A stretch of DNA of 64,000 nucleotides. It comes from Macrostomum lignano (Eukaryota). Position 1 is the first letter of the stretch, and each line of letters begins with the position of its first letter. This document shows positions 38,801 to 50,309 of the stretch, in pieces. The position numbers were made by a program, and so were the translations under genes. Location of the stretch: positions 186,001 to 250,000 of the forward strand of contig NIVC01000109.1 of the NCBI GenBank assembly GCA_002269645.1, read 5' to 3'. Under the pieces are notes generated by a model. It made no database searches, was not told where the DNA came from, and worked only from the letters and a program-made list of their open reading frames with translations.

Positions 38801-40619
38801 TGTCCAGATAGGTCCCTGGCCAGCGGTAGAACTGACCTCGCAGGGTCAGCTTGGCTTCTTCGAATCGGCCAGCCACCCTGTCAGGCATAGAGCTGTTCCA
38901 GTTGGTGTCGTCAAGCAGACGATAATACAGCCGGCTTAAGCTGTCCACCATGTCTTCTAGGCGGATCCGAACTGCTGGATAAGTTTCATGGCAGGTAGGA
39001 GTCGAAATTAAGAAAAATACATCTACTGAAAAACTACTGCTATGACAATTTAGACATCAGAAAAAAGTTGTACACTTCAAAAAATTATAGTTTTGTAGCT
39101 TATACCAAAGCCGTTATTGTAAGAGTGAGCTTCTACTAATTAAGTTGATTCACCCAGCTGCAATTGGGCAACAGCTTTGAGCTGTGGATGCGTGCCATCA
39201 CAGTGTCAGGTGACAGGTGTACACAGTCCTCGGACGTGCCATGCAGTGACGTTGGCCGTCAGGATGCAGGCAGCTTCGGAGACAAATTTAACACGGACAA
39301 ATTCGGTGACAATCTAGGCAAATACAAGTCTTCTATATAGCGAAAGTTTAAGCAAAGGTTTTCTTTAAATGCTCGTAAAAGTTCCATTGTCCCCGAAATT
39401 TTGCTTTGCATTTCTGTCCGGATTCTTAAAGCGAAGGAAGTGCGAAGGGAGTGCAGTGATTCTGTACTAAAGCTCGTGACCTTTGATAGAAAAGAATGCG
39501 TCCAATCGAAATAAATTGGTCATCGCGCATCTTCGAAAATGAACGAACATTTCTTGGAAAGCTCATTTGGATCAAGCACAAGATAAATAAAGGATAAAAC
39601 AAACCCAGTTAAAAAGGGAAAGTTAATAAGTATTTACTAATGCCATTGTAGAGGAAGAATTAAGAAGATTAATTGTTGTTATTTTGTTTCTTTATTGTCG
39701 GGGATTTTGCTTTCGCCGAATTTGTCCATGGTGAATCTCTATCGCCGAATTTGTCCATGGTGAATCTCTATCGCCGAATTTGTCCATGGTGAATCTCTAT
39801 CGCCGAATTTGTCCATGGTGAATCTCTATCGCCGAATTTGTCCATGGTGAATCTCTATCGCCGAATTTGTCCATGGTGAATCTCTATCGCCGAATTTGTC
39901 CATGGTGAATCTCTATCGCCGAATTTGTCCATGGTGAATCTCTATCGCCGAATTTGTCCATGGTGAATCTCTATCGCCGAATTTGTCCATGGTGAATCTC
40001 TATCGCCGAATTTGTCCATGGTGAATCTCTATCGCCGAATTTGTCCATGGTGAATCTCTATCGCCGAATTTGTCCATGGTGAATCTCTATCGCCGAATTT
40101 GTCCATGGTGAATCTCTATCGCCGAATTTGTCCATGGTGAATCTCTATCGCCGAATTTTTTGTCGCCGAATAGGTCAGCAACCGAATTTATTCGTATTTT
40201 GAGTATCTTTCGAAAATCATGTACTTTCAAGCATGTACAGATTGTATACCGTATTCTCTAATATAAATTACGTTTCGCGCCAGTTAAGGCAGAATTTCAC
40301 ACTTACGGGCTCCGTTTAGCATGTCCGAATAGGTCGAGCCGCTGACGATGTAGTCAGTTGGGCAAATTGTGACCCAAGGAAACGGTGCGTTGTCCTGGTA
40401 GGTAAAGGCTGTACTCACAGGCTCATCAGTGTACTTGGCCACCAGCTGGTGTAGGTGAACTCCGAATCCGCAGGTGGCGCCAACGATGATGCACAGCCAG
40501 ATCAGTCGCTGGAGCGTTGGTCCACGCGCCAGTCTGGCAACCCCGTGGGCCGAGGTTTGCTCGGCAAACGATGCAAACAGACTTGCCTCGTACGAACTCT
40601 GCTGCTGCTGCGTTTGCAT
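35823..40619 (-). CDS. DEG/ENaC subunit, paralogue D, 6 exons, about 568 aa
   Basis: Exons 40619-40307, 38971-38719, 38541-38381, 37781-37462, 37231-36694, 35944-35823 (1707 nt). Intron positions and phases match paralogue B; exons 2-4 have identical lengths (253/161/320). Motifs: TSAHGV, FPWVTIC, ECGC, FSDLGGILGLWVGVSVIT. Confidence 0.9.
39261..40184. mobile_element. Non-autonomous TIR element in intron 1 of DEG/ENaC D
   Basis: Left end GGATGCAGGCAGCTTCGGAGACAAA aligns with the reverse complement of the right end (GGTTGCTGACCTATTCGGCGACAAA); contains the 29-bp array; no clear TSD. Confidence 0.55.
39714..40157. repeat. 15 identical 29-bp units
   Basis: CGCCGAATTTGTCCATGGTGAATCTCTAT x15 plus a partial unit. 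Confidence 0.97.
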
Positions 40620-40789
40620 TTCTGGCAGCCGCTGTTGCTGCTGATTCGTTTGCAATCCATCAGCTGAGTCGGTTGCCCTGTTGTGGGGTTCAATCTTTGC
40701 TAATGCGATCTGAGTGCACTCATAAGTTGCGAATGTGTTATTACTGCGTTGCTCTTAGGAGTAAAGGGTTTAATTGGATATGATTTTTT

Positions 40790-41200
40790 TTCCTTTTGCC
40801 TAAAGTATACTCGCTAGCTCCAGTGCGGCACCTTCTTGGCCGCTGCTCTGCCTTTAGTTTTCTTAGTCCCTCCAACGACAACAACAAAATACGGGGCGAC
40901 TGCATCAGTCCCTCGGCGCGGATGATGTGGCCTAGCAGCTGGAGAGCCGCCAACGGCGCAACAGTTTTTGGATGGATTAAGTGATAAAGTACCGTGTTGG
41001 AAACTCGCTCGTCGCCGATTTTGAAAGTGGAGCGCCTCAGGCCATTGAGCGTCGATCGCGTCTACTTTTTGCTCGAGCGAGTCCGTCAGCGTCCTGGTCT
41101 CAGCGTTGTGCAGCACCGCCAGGAACAGCGCCGCCCTCTGGCGGCCAGGTAGGGCCCGGACTGCAGGACTGTCCTCAAAGAACGAAAGGCAGCCCAGGCA
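40790..41200 (-). mobile_element. RTE-like LINE 3' fragment
   Basis: Frameshifted RVSNTVLY..LQLLGHIIRAEG..ILLL..G.R..RPR, the typical C-terminal region of RTE ORF2. Confidence 0.55.
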
Positions 41201-43688
41201 AGCCCTCCCCAGTGTGTTTAATAACTGAATGCGAGTAAGCAGACACCTTTTCATTCGAAAAGATTTTATTAACCTCTCTGGACGCGAGCATGAATAGTGC
41301 TAGTTCTTGATTTATTTACTTTCCTGACCTACAGAAGTTTATTAAACAAAAAATAAATACCTTGATGATGAATTCTGCTGCTCCTGATTTAGGAATTGAG
41401 GCACCTCTACGTCAGTCATCTCCATGTTGAGCTGCTGCTAAGCCTTCTTTGTTTTATTAAAGAGCGATTCTTGGTGCAAAGAAAATTATGCTATGGAAGC
41501 TTTTTACAGCTTCAAACTTCAAACTGCATCTTTGATTGGCCGAGAAATTTTCTCTAGGCGATGGTTCAATTCAATGAAACTAATACGGTACCTCTAGCCT
41601 GTAGACAGCAAGCTTACCAGTGGGTTTACTTGTAGGGCATCATTTACGAGGAATACGAGGATTTGGGGAATCAGAACACGAGAAAACTCTGCTTTTTAGG
41701 TTTGTAAGACACATAATCAGAAAAAACGCAAACAAAGAAACAATACACCCGCACGTATAGAACACGGCCCAGTCAATTCCTCGCCACTGAGACATGCGTA
41801 TATACGACTACAATGGTAGTAAAAAATTGGTGAGAAAATCAGCAGCTGAGACATAACATGTAACGTGAATTGATGCAATTCATACCACTGATGCATTGTG
41901 TACACTAGTGTGTTCTATTGTATGAGTTATTCAGCATTCACTGAGCATGTACTTTGTGCGTGCAGTTTTTATCTCGCCCTGATCCTCTCTAGCTCGTTTT
42001 TAGCCCCATGTCCGCTCTGTGAGGCCTCACTTGAAGTTGGGTCGGTTTGCTCTCTAGCTCTGTTTCCTGGCTAGCTATGGTCACTTGAGACCCAACTGAC
42101 TATCAAGACACAAAAACGCTGGTCTGCGAGAACTACTTGGAGGCTATTAGGCTGGCTACCAATGGAAGCAATCACCAATGGATCACACACCATCCACGAG
42201 GCCCTCCGCAGCGGCATCCAAGAAGCTCTGACGACTGAGGCGGGCCAGCCGACAGGACCAGTCGGGTCAGCGGGGAGGGCCAGCACCGGGAATGAGGAGA
42301 TCGAGCAGACACGGAAGCGTTATCAGCCTACTGAAGCTACACAAGCAGAAACTTACGCTCACTGACTGTGTTGCTATGAGGAGTAGCAAAAAGGACAGAA
42401 GGCAGAACCTGGACCCTTGAGGAAAAAACTCTGCACAATCCAGGCCATCACGAACAACAGATGCTCATGTAAGACTTCATCGCCTGACCTTCAGAAAGCA
42501 CCATAATTGCCAGAACCAGAGCTGACTGACGCTGAAAGGCGATCAAACTCTTTAAAAATTTATTATTTAATTGTTGAAGAGCTCGGCGTGGATCTAGGTG
42601 TATCAGATAATTAAGCAGCTCATTGAGACCGGCAGTCCGATCACCTACAATGCCGATGGCTCCGTGGATTTGAGCAAAATTATAGCCTACCTCGACTATA
42701 AAACCGATGCAGACTAGATCTGGAAGGTAAGTTCTGCACTACGATGAAGGCGTTTACGTGGGAAGTCATCATTCATGAGGACTACGTACACATGAGGAAT
42801 CAGATCACGAGAAAGACTTTGCTATCTAGATACTCTAGCTCAATCCTAAAGGAGCAGGCAGCATCTACAAGTACAAAAAGCAAACAAAGAAACGTGTACG
42901 CATTGAGAACCCTGCCTAGCCAAATCTTCGCCACTGAAACACCTACAGATTGTAAAATTGCGTGGGAAAATCAACAGCTGAGACTTAACTTGGATGGATT
43001 TTTGCAAAGCAATGCAAATCACTTGAGGAATTGAAGAGTTCCATAATCTGAAAACGATGACATTGTCATTCATTTGGTCTATTTGTCTGCACTCCTTGCT
43101 AACAGCTTAAGAATCACTCTTTTTCTTCATTTTAATGCTGCCTCCATGTCTTTCAACTTGGGACCTGATGTATTCACTCGTTTGGATCTTAAATCCTCAA
43201 GCCAGACTTATCGACTATGTTTGCAGTTTGTAAAGGCATTTTCCCACATAACTGCTCAGTGAGGTTTCATCAAGCCAGTAGATAAAAAATATACAATTTG
43301 AGCATGTACAACGAATTCTAAATCAAGCTCCAGCCAATAATGCTGGAAAATTTGCTAAGGCGATGGTTTAGTAAAAAAATGGTTGCTATTTAAATTACAT
43401 GCGAGCGTATTGCTGTATCATAAGCTCGCAGATTTATTTACAAGCTTAGAGACAAATCTCATCGAATAGTTCAAGTACTTTGAGGCTCGTAATAAAAGTC
43501 ACATTGGTTGTACGAGTATTACGCTCGTAATGCGATTACTATAAGCAGTTCATATTTCCTGCAAAAAATAAGGTCTTTGTCTTTCTAGAAGCTTTCCTAG
43601 GCTTGCATAACTGTTTTGACAAGGGAGGGCCTAAAGAAACGGAGAGCCAAGACGATGCAGGGCTTATAGACACAGACTTCATGCAGGA

Positions 43689-44819
43689 CTAGCGAGCGTT
43701 CGGCAGCAACCAGTTCAGCACAGCGGCCCGGCCGACATTTGGGCCGATGCTGTCCAACCGGATTCGCCGAGCCGCCGCAGCCTCCCGATCCGACAGCGTC
43801 ATGGGCACCGCCAGCGATGCAGCGACAAGCCGGGTGCCGTCCTCTCGCATCGGATTGCGCAATTGTTTGCACGCGCGCAGCTCGAACTTCGATCCACGGC
43901 CTGCAGCGGCATTATCTTGGCAGACGGTCAGTAGACGACTGCGCAGACCGCCACTCGGCGACAGAGGTAGAAAGATACTAGCATCGGCCAGCACGATGCG
44001 ATCTCGATGGTCGCACACGCGACGCGAGCACGTATCATCGTAGGCAGCGACGGCTGCCTCGAAGGCGGCAGTCAAAGCCAACGCTGTCACTTTTTGTTGG
44101 GCCTTGGATTCGGAACTGTTGACTCCGTGCAGTACTAGAGCGCGTCGGCAGAAGTTCTTCAGCAGCAGGCGCAGGAACGGATGGCCCGGCCGACAGGCTG
44201 CAAAGCGCAGGCTTGGCAGGCTTCCATTTGTGATTCCGTAAAGCAAAACCGCCGCCTCTGGCGGTTCCTGCGCAAGCACGCAATACGAGCCCTTAAGGAA
44301 GCTGTCAATGCTGTGCAGAGACATGAGCTCGGGATCGGCGAGCAACCCGCCTTGGCTAATCAGCAGTAACAGCCGGGAAACAGTGCGACGTTCAATCTGG
44401 AAGCACGGCTTGTTCTCTTTAAACAGTGGGAGATCTGGCAGCAGGCGCGACTCCAAATAACGAGAATCCCAAAAATAAGCGTTGTAGTCTTTGTGATTGT
44501 TGGCCCAACTGTTAACGGCTTGGGCCAGCGGCGCCGGAATGTCAACCGCATTTTCGAAGAAGTGATGAATTCGTTTTGGTATTTTCAGCTTGCTTTCAGG
44601 GATTGACGTTGGCGACGGCGATGAAGACTTTGTTGGCAATGGGGGCTTCGCAGTTGCATGCTTTTCAGCTTTTTGAGCCTCTCTGCTTCTTGTATCGCTA
44701 TTATTAGAAAGCAGAAGAAAAACTGTGATCAGAACTGCCAATAGAGCTGCAATTAGCAGAGCCCGTCTGCCAATCAGTCTATAGGATAGCCAAGCCCATC
44801 TTCGCCTGAGTTGGTTCAT
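43689..44819 (-). CDS. Type II membrane glycosyltransferase-like protein (DXD sugar-binding / OCH1-SUR1-like fold), probably catalytically degenerate
   Basis: Single 376-aa ORF. N-terminal TM (ALLIAALLAVLITVFLLL), Ser/Pro stem, then family signature KIPKRIHHFF..SW..N..Y..FWD..GG..D..PGHPFL. Confidence 0.78.
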   Translation of the reverse strand: MNQLRRRWAWLSYRLIGRRALLIAALLAVLITVFLLLSNNSDTRSREAQKAEKHATAKPPLPTKSSSPSPTSIPESKLKIPKRIHHFFENAVDIPAPLAQAVNSWANNHKDYNAYFWDSRYLESRLLPDLPLFKENKPCFQIERRTVSRLLLLISQGGLLADPELMSLHSIDSFLKGSYCVLAQEPPEAAVLLYGITNGSLPSLRFAACRPGHPFLRLLLKNFCRRALVLHGVNSSESKAQQKVTALALTAAFEAAVAAYDDTCSRRVCDHRDRIVLADASIFLPLSPSGGLRSRLLTVCQDNAAAGRGSKFELRACKQLRNPMREDGTRLVAASLAVPMTLSDREAAAARRIRLDSIGPNVGRAAVLNWLLPNAR

Positions 44820-45792
44820 TGCTCTCAGCTGATCGAGTAAAGCAGCAAGGTGCGAGTTAGTCTACGCAAGAAAGAAATGGTTAATATATAGCTTACAATT
44901 GTGCAGGGTATATAGGGGTTAGGCCTTAGTTTAGAGCTTGAAGCACATATCATCTCTCTCGGCAGGCACTGTGAAAGTTCTGCACACAATTGAGCGCAAC
45001 AAAGTCTGTCAGGTTTGAGAAAGAAATTTGAAAGAAGCAATTTAGGGCATTGCCCACACTGTACAGTCTATTGTGCTGATGAAGGCAGAGTATGAAACAC
45101 TCGGCAAAGTGGGTTTAGTTAGATAGTTTGAGCACATGGCATGAGCATTCATTCTCTCTAACTGCTGCGCTTTTGCATGATAACATTTGGCTGCCTGATT
45201 TACCTCGTAGATTGAAACGTATAAACCATGTGATAGCGAACTAGTAAAGTAGAAAGACGATATAGAGCACTACAGTAAACAGTCATTAATGAAATACATT
45301 GCCTTCATGCAAAGAATTCGTCTATGCATCCTTTGAGCTGTGCCAGTCGTTGCAATCAAATTCTACAATCACATGCATGTAAATGTAGCAATACGCTACT
45401 GCTGAAATGCATGTGTAAGTAACATACAATGCTCAAGTAACAATGCTCAAGTAATATATTCGCTCGTATATAGGACGCTACACTCGAAATTTATGGTAAA
45501 TGTTTTGTAGGCAACTTTTCGCCGAAAAATACACTACAGAGATTGGAGGTTTTCATTTTTTTCAGCACAAAAATTGTTATTGCTTTTGATAGGAGGCAGA
45601 TCCAGTGTTCATCTTTTGATATCTTGTGCCTTTCTTATTGCTCTATCGATATTCATAAAGCTTTTCGTTCAGAACTAGTTTTAAAGGCAGGCTGTACCGG
45701 AAAAATACACTACGGAGATTGGAAATTTCACGATTTTCAACACTAAAACAAGTGATTGGGTCTTTAACAGTGTCAGAAAAAGTTCTACTCAC

Positions 45793-45955
45793 ACTATTAT
45801 GTGCCTCGCATGCTGCTCTAACGACGCATTAATCGATTTTTCATGTTAAATTGCTCTGTCACTTGATAAAAACGTTTAAAAGAATGACAAGACCAATTTA
45901 ACACGAAAAATCGATTAATGCGTCGTTAGAGCAGCTTTGCGAGGCACAAAATAGT
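45793..45955. mobile_element. Palindromic MITE-like element (about 60-bp TIRs)
   Basis: Left arm ACTATTATGTGCCTCGCATGCTGCTCTAACGACGCATTAATCGATTTTTC is mirrored by GAAAAATCGATTAATGCGTCGTTAGAGCAGCTTTGCGAGGCACAAAATAGT. Confidence 0.7.
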
Positions 45956-45961
45956 ACGCAC

Positions 45962-46770
45962 TGTTGATGTGACGCGTCGAAAGAGGTATTGAATGTATTG
46001 CAATTCGTACCTATATTGTCAAATGCTACAGTGATAAGTTTTTTCTGCTTCTGATATGATGTGTATTCGTAAGACGGCTCGTTCCGTCTATACTAATCGT
46101 ATATTTGTGTTAACAAAAAAGAGCGGAAATAATTCGTTATCGTAGGAGCCCTTGTCTCGCTCCGCTCGTTCGTTAGTTAATTCCATTTTCCCTAGTGCGC
46201 CCAGCTCTTTAGTAACTGTCTGGGTCTGAATTATGACATAGATAGTTCAATCGCATGCGTAAAAGTTCACAGTTAAAATCCATATCAACTTCCCCCCTCC
46301 TTAAATAGTGCACTCTCCACTTGATTGTTCATACTTCCTCAATCAGTCGGTTAGGTGGCATTCCTTTGTTTTGTCTTTTAGACCGACGGACATGCTGTTG
46401 GCCGGTGTTGGCGCGCTCCACTTGACTGTATCTCGACTGGATCTATCGCTTGTTGTCTGAATGGTACCAAGTTGCGCGCAGTCCAAACCTTTCCATTGTC
46501 CAATCGGTATGTGAAGTTGCCAACCACTTTGATGACTTTGAATGGAGAGGTGAAAGGGGACCTGCCCTTTGGCACATGTGGCTAACGAACACGTACCAGA
46601 TCACCGACCTTGAAGTGTCGCTTGAATACTTGGTGCGGTTCCTGTTTTAATGTGGTCACTAGCTCGTTCTGTGTTTCATTGGCCTTGGTTGTTCTGCGAG
46701 GTTTGGAAATTTGCTCTTATGTCGCGGCCAAATAGCAGTTTTGCGGGTGTCTCCGTTCTCATTCGGCGTT
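45962..46770 (-). mobile_element. Gypsy 3' end: integrase C-terminus, polypurine tract and LTR
   Basis: PKGRSPFTSPFKVIKVVGNFTYRLDNGKVW (integrase C-terminal motif); PPT AAGGAGGGGGGAAG at about 46289-46302; LTR TG...CA at 46287-45962. Confidence 0.75.
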
Positions 46771-48296
46771 GTTCAGTAGCTGAATATAGTATACTATACT
46801 ACTAAGATACTACACGGTCATCTATGAAAAATAATTTTAGCGTTGGAATGATGCGTTAATTCGTAAAAAAGCAGCACAGCACTATTAATATACGAAACTT
46901 TTTTGTATTATATTAGGCAAAAGTAAAATAATATAAAGTATCATTATACGTGCGCAGTCGAAATGGAACCCACAATTGAAAAAAAGTTAAGCTGCTGATT
47001 TTATGGGTATAAAAGGAGGCTTACTTGATGGTCATGAGGTACGTTGTGCATTTTGCCAGAAAGAAACGTTTCGTAAATTACGCGACATTTTAGAAATATC
47101 GTTGTACTACTTTAAATATTCAAAACTATTTATTTTTACATTGCATGCATGCAGTCTTTAGAATTAGAACATGAAATTGTTTAAATTGTTTACCTTTTTT
47201 TCTCGAACTAAGTACCGACAAGTTGTATAGAATGGGCCTAAACACAGGGAGTTGAAGAGTTAGTTTGGCAAGCAATCTGTATAGTAGGGAATAAAATGTA
47301 TTATTTGGATGAAAGAATTTCTTATTTCTATAAGTTCTATATTAAGTCTCTGCAGTCGAGGCTAGATGATAAATTGATAAAAAAAACCACAGACGACAAG
47401 CTTTATATCCGTACATTACAGTGGACAGTACAGCAAAAAGTTGGTTACAAAAATAAAGGTTCTATTCTACATTTGATTTGGAAGCGATCCTGACATTACA
47501 TACAATCACCAACACCATTGGCATTGCCATTAGCTAACTATTTGGCTTTAGTTCAGTTTTGTAAAACCACATACATGTATTCTTTTAAGTAGATGTCTTT
47601 GGTTTGCGTTTTTCACTTAAGATGTTTAAGTTTTAAGTAAATAAAGTTGTCTTAACTACTAGGGTAGGCTTAGTTGCTGACATATTACAATGAGATAAAG
47701 AATATATATTTAATTTAAATATTAATGTGCTAGAATAAACTGATTTACTAATTAAGCCAGAATTGTCAAAATTGATAAACAATAAATTTAAAACTGATAA
47801 GGTGAAGTCAAGAAGCCACCATAGGTGCCTTCTTTCTATCATATAGAAACTTAGAAAAAAAGTTATAAAAATATAATGATAAAGAATATAAAGTTTTAGG
47901 GAAATTTAAGAAACAGCCTACTAACCTAGGCCTCCTAATTTAAATAGAAAATCAGATATTTAAAAAATTAACAGGTTTTTTAACTGATTAAATTTGACAA
48001 AAACTTAACAAGTTAGTTAATTAATAATAAATTAAAGATTTAGCAAGTAAGGCCCAATACTAGTTAGTTATATAAATAAATAAAATTGAAGATAATATGT
48101 CTGATATTATTTAATAAGTCTATGAAATATAATAACAATTTTATAGGTCTTAATAGTCTTTTTGGTCTAAGAATGAATACTAGGCCTATATAAAAGATAA
48201 TTAAACCAAAAAATTTTTTTTCAATTGTAGTTTTTATAAAAATAGAAACATTAGGCATAATAGTATAAAGAAAAAATATTAAGTGATAGGCCTAGT

Positions 48297-49130
48297 TAGG
48301 GATTTCAATTCCCCAGGGAATTTTTTATTGGGGACCCTAGGGAATTTACTATCATTCCCTAGGGACCTTGGGGAAAAAAAGCAAAAAATGATAGATAACT
48401 TAGATCTTAAGTGGCATTTTTTAAATTTGATTTAAGCTTTGGATTACATGTTCAAGGTGCAAGGGTAAAACTTTAAACAATGTTTATTTAAAACTGTATT
48501 TGACAATATGGCATTACCAAATTGTGCGCACACCTTTGTTAGAAAGAGTCTAGATTCCAGAAGTGGAAAATGCAGAAAATGCTCAGCAGCTATGCTCATC
48601 AGAGGATAATTAATGAATGAGACAATTTTTATAATTGGAATTTTTATTTCTTGCAGATAAATCTCAATTATATCCTTTTCTAATAGGGAGTATTTTGTTA
48701 TTATATCACATCCCAATGCCCTAGTGACTGAAATAAGATGTAGCGCTATGCCTGCGTCAAATGCATCAAGCCATCAATGCAGACCAACATAGTAGTCAGT
48801 TAGGCTTTTTTTCCTAATAGGTCACATTTTTCCTAATGTGAAATTTGTTTGATTGAAATACTACTAGTGAAAAAAACATTCAAGCAGGTGTTGTGTTTGA
48901 AATACATAGGATGTAATACATTGAAATAAGCAGTTTTGTGGTAAAAGAGCATAGACAGAGTTTCAATCAGCTTTCTATGAATCACTTTCTTATTTAAATG
49001 GCAAAAATTATGTTAAAATGCATTTTTTTTCTTTTTTCTCCTTGGGGTCCCTGGTCCAATTCCGCAAGGAATATTCCCCAACAAGCTCCCTGGGGCCCCA
49101 GGAAGCACTCCCCAGGGTCGACATCTCTAG
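48297..49130. mobile_element. Old TIR element with degenerate long inverted ends
   Basis: Left TAGGGATTTC..CCCAGGG..GGGACC..GGGAAAAAAAGCAAAAAATG resembles the reverse complement of the right end (TAGAGATGTC..GGGACCCCAAGGAGAAAAAAGAAAAAAAATG). Confidence 0.4.
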
Positions 49131-50309
49131 GCTTAGTTCTAGTTAATGACAATTGTAACAGAAGCTATTATTACTATTAATTAAAGATAGATAGAAAGCT
49201 TATACTAGAAAATAACATAAAAAAGTTGTCAATGTAAAGTTTATTTTTTAAATTGATGTTGTTTCATTGCTTTTTATAAATAAACTATAACTTGAATAAT
49301 CATGAAATATTAGTAGCTAATATTTAATTTCTTTTTCATATTAAATCTATTCAAGTATATTAGTAAAAAGGGTAATTAGATTTATAGTAATTAATCAATT
49401 AAATTGTTTTAGAGAGGCAGATCACTATTTTCAAGTCTATGGTTACTATTATCATATATATGCCTTTTGGTTATTTTTAGAAATATTATTATCTTATACC
49501 AATAGTCTTCAATCAAAAGCAATTAGCATAGGTCAAGTTTAAGCTCAAAGAGCAGTTATTTCAATTTTCTTTATCCATCTTTTCTTGGCTTAGATTCTTG
49601 CCTATGTAAGTATATTTAAGGAAATAAAACTTAGTTTTATTTATATTCAAAATATTACATTTTTACTATATCTAAACAACAACAGAAAATTACACAGAAC
49701 ACAGCCCCATATGCAGTTATGTCTAGATTAGTAACAAAAATTATTTTACTTGTTAGTATACTTGGTAAATAATATTTATTTTATAAACTAGTATAAATCA
49801 TAATTAAATCATACAATTTGATTTATAAATGTGAACTAGATGGGTAAATACAATTGTATGCTATAAGAAAATGTAACAAAAGCACTGGTTTTGTGTTACT
49901 AGTTTTAACAACTTAACATTCATATTCACTGCCAGTGCTGCAAGTTAAGCAGAGTTTGTTATGGTTAGTATGCAGCTAAATTAGCTTGTATTGTCTTTTA
50001 AAGTTAGCCACCATTGGCAAGGTAGTCAATTAAGATAACTTCTAGAGTTCACAATGGTGATGGTGTGATAGGGTAGCAGCTCTTAGCTGCGTTAGAAATG
50101 AATTTGAGAGATGCAACCCCCTTTCAGTGCCTCAATGTGTATTGATTTTGCAATTAAATTTCAGGTTTATAATTCACAATTTCAGTCAGCAATCCTACAG
50201 CAGGCCCAGGCTGCCATTTAGCCTTAGATTTTTAATCCATAGCTCACCAGAACATCTAGAGCATCTTATCTCAGAGTCTAGTTGCTTCTAATCGCGCTGC
50301 CTAGTTGTC

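Noticed and set aside
42070-43262. Several 60-96-aa ORFs between ENaC-D and the glycosyltransferase-like gene
   Set aside because: No recognisable domain or consistent splice structure; probably decayed TE or intergenic DNA.
43689-44819. Bacterial contamination or proven horizontal transfer of the glycosyltransferase
   Set aside because: It is embedded among spliced animal genes, has a eukaryote-style type II anchor, and the family occurs in eukaryotes; a phylogeny would be required.
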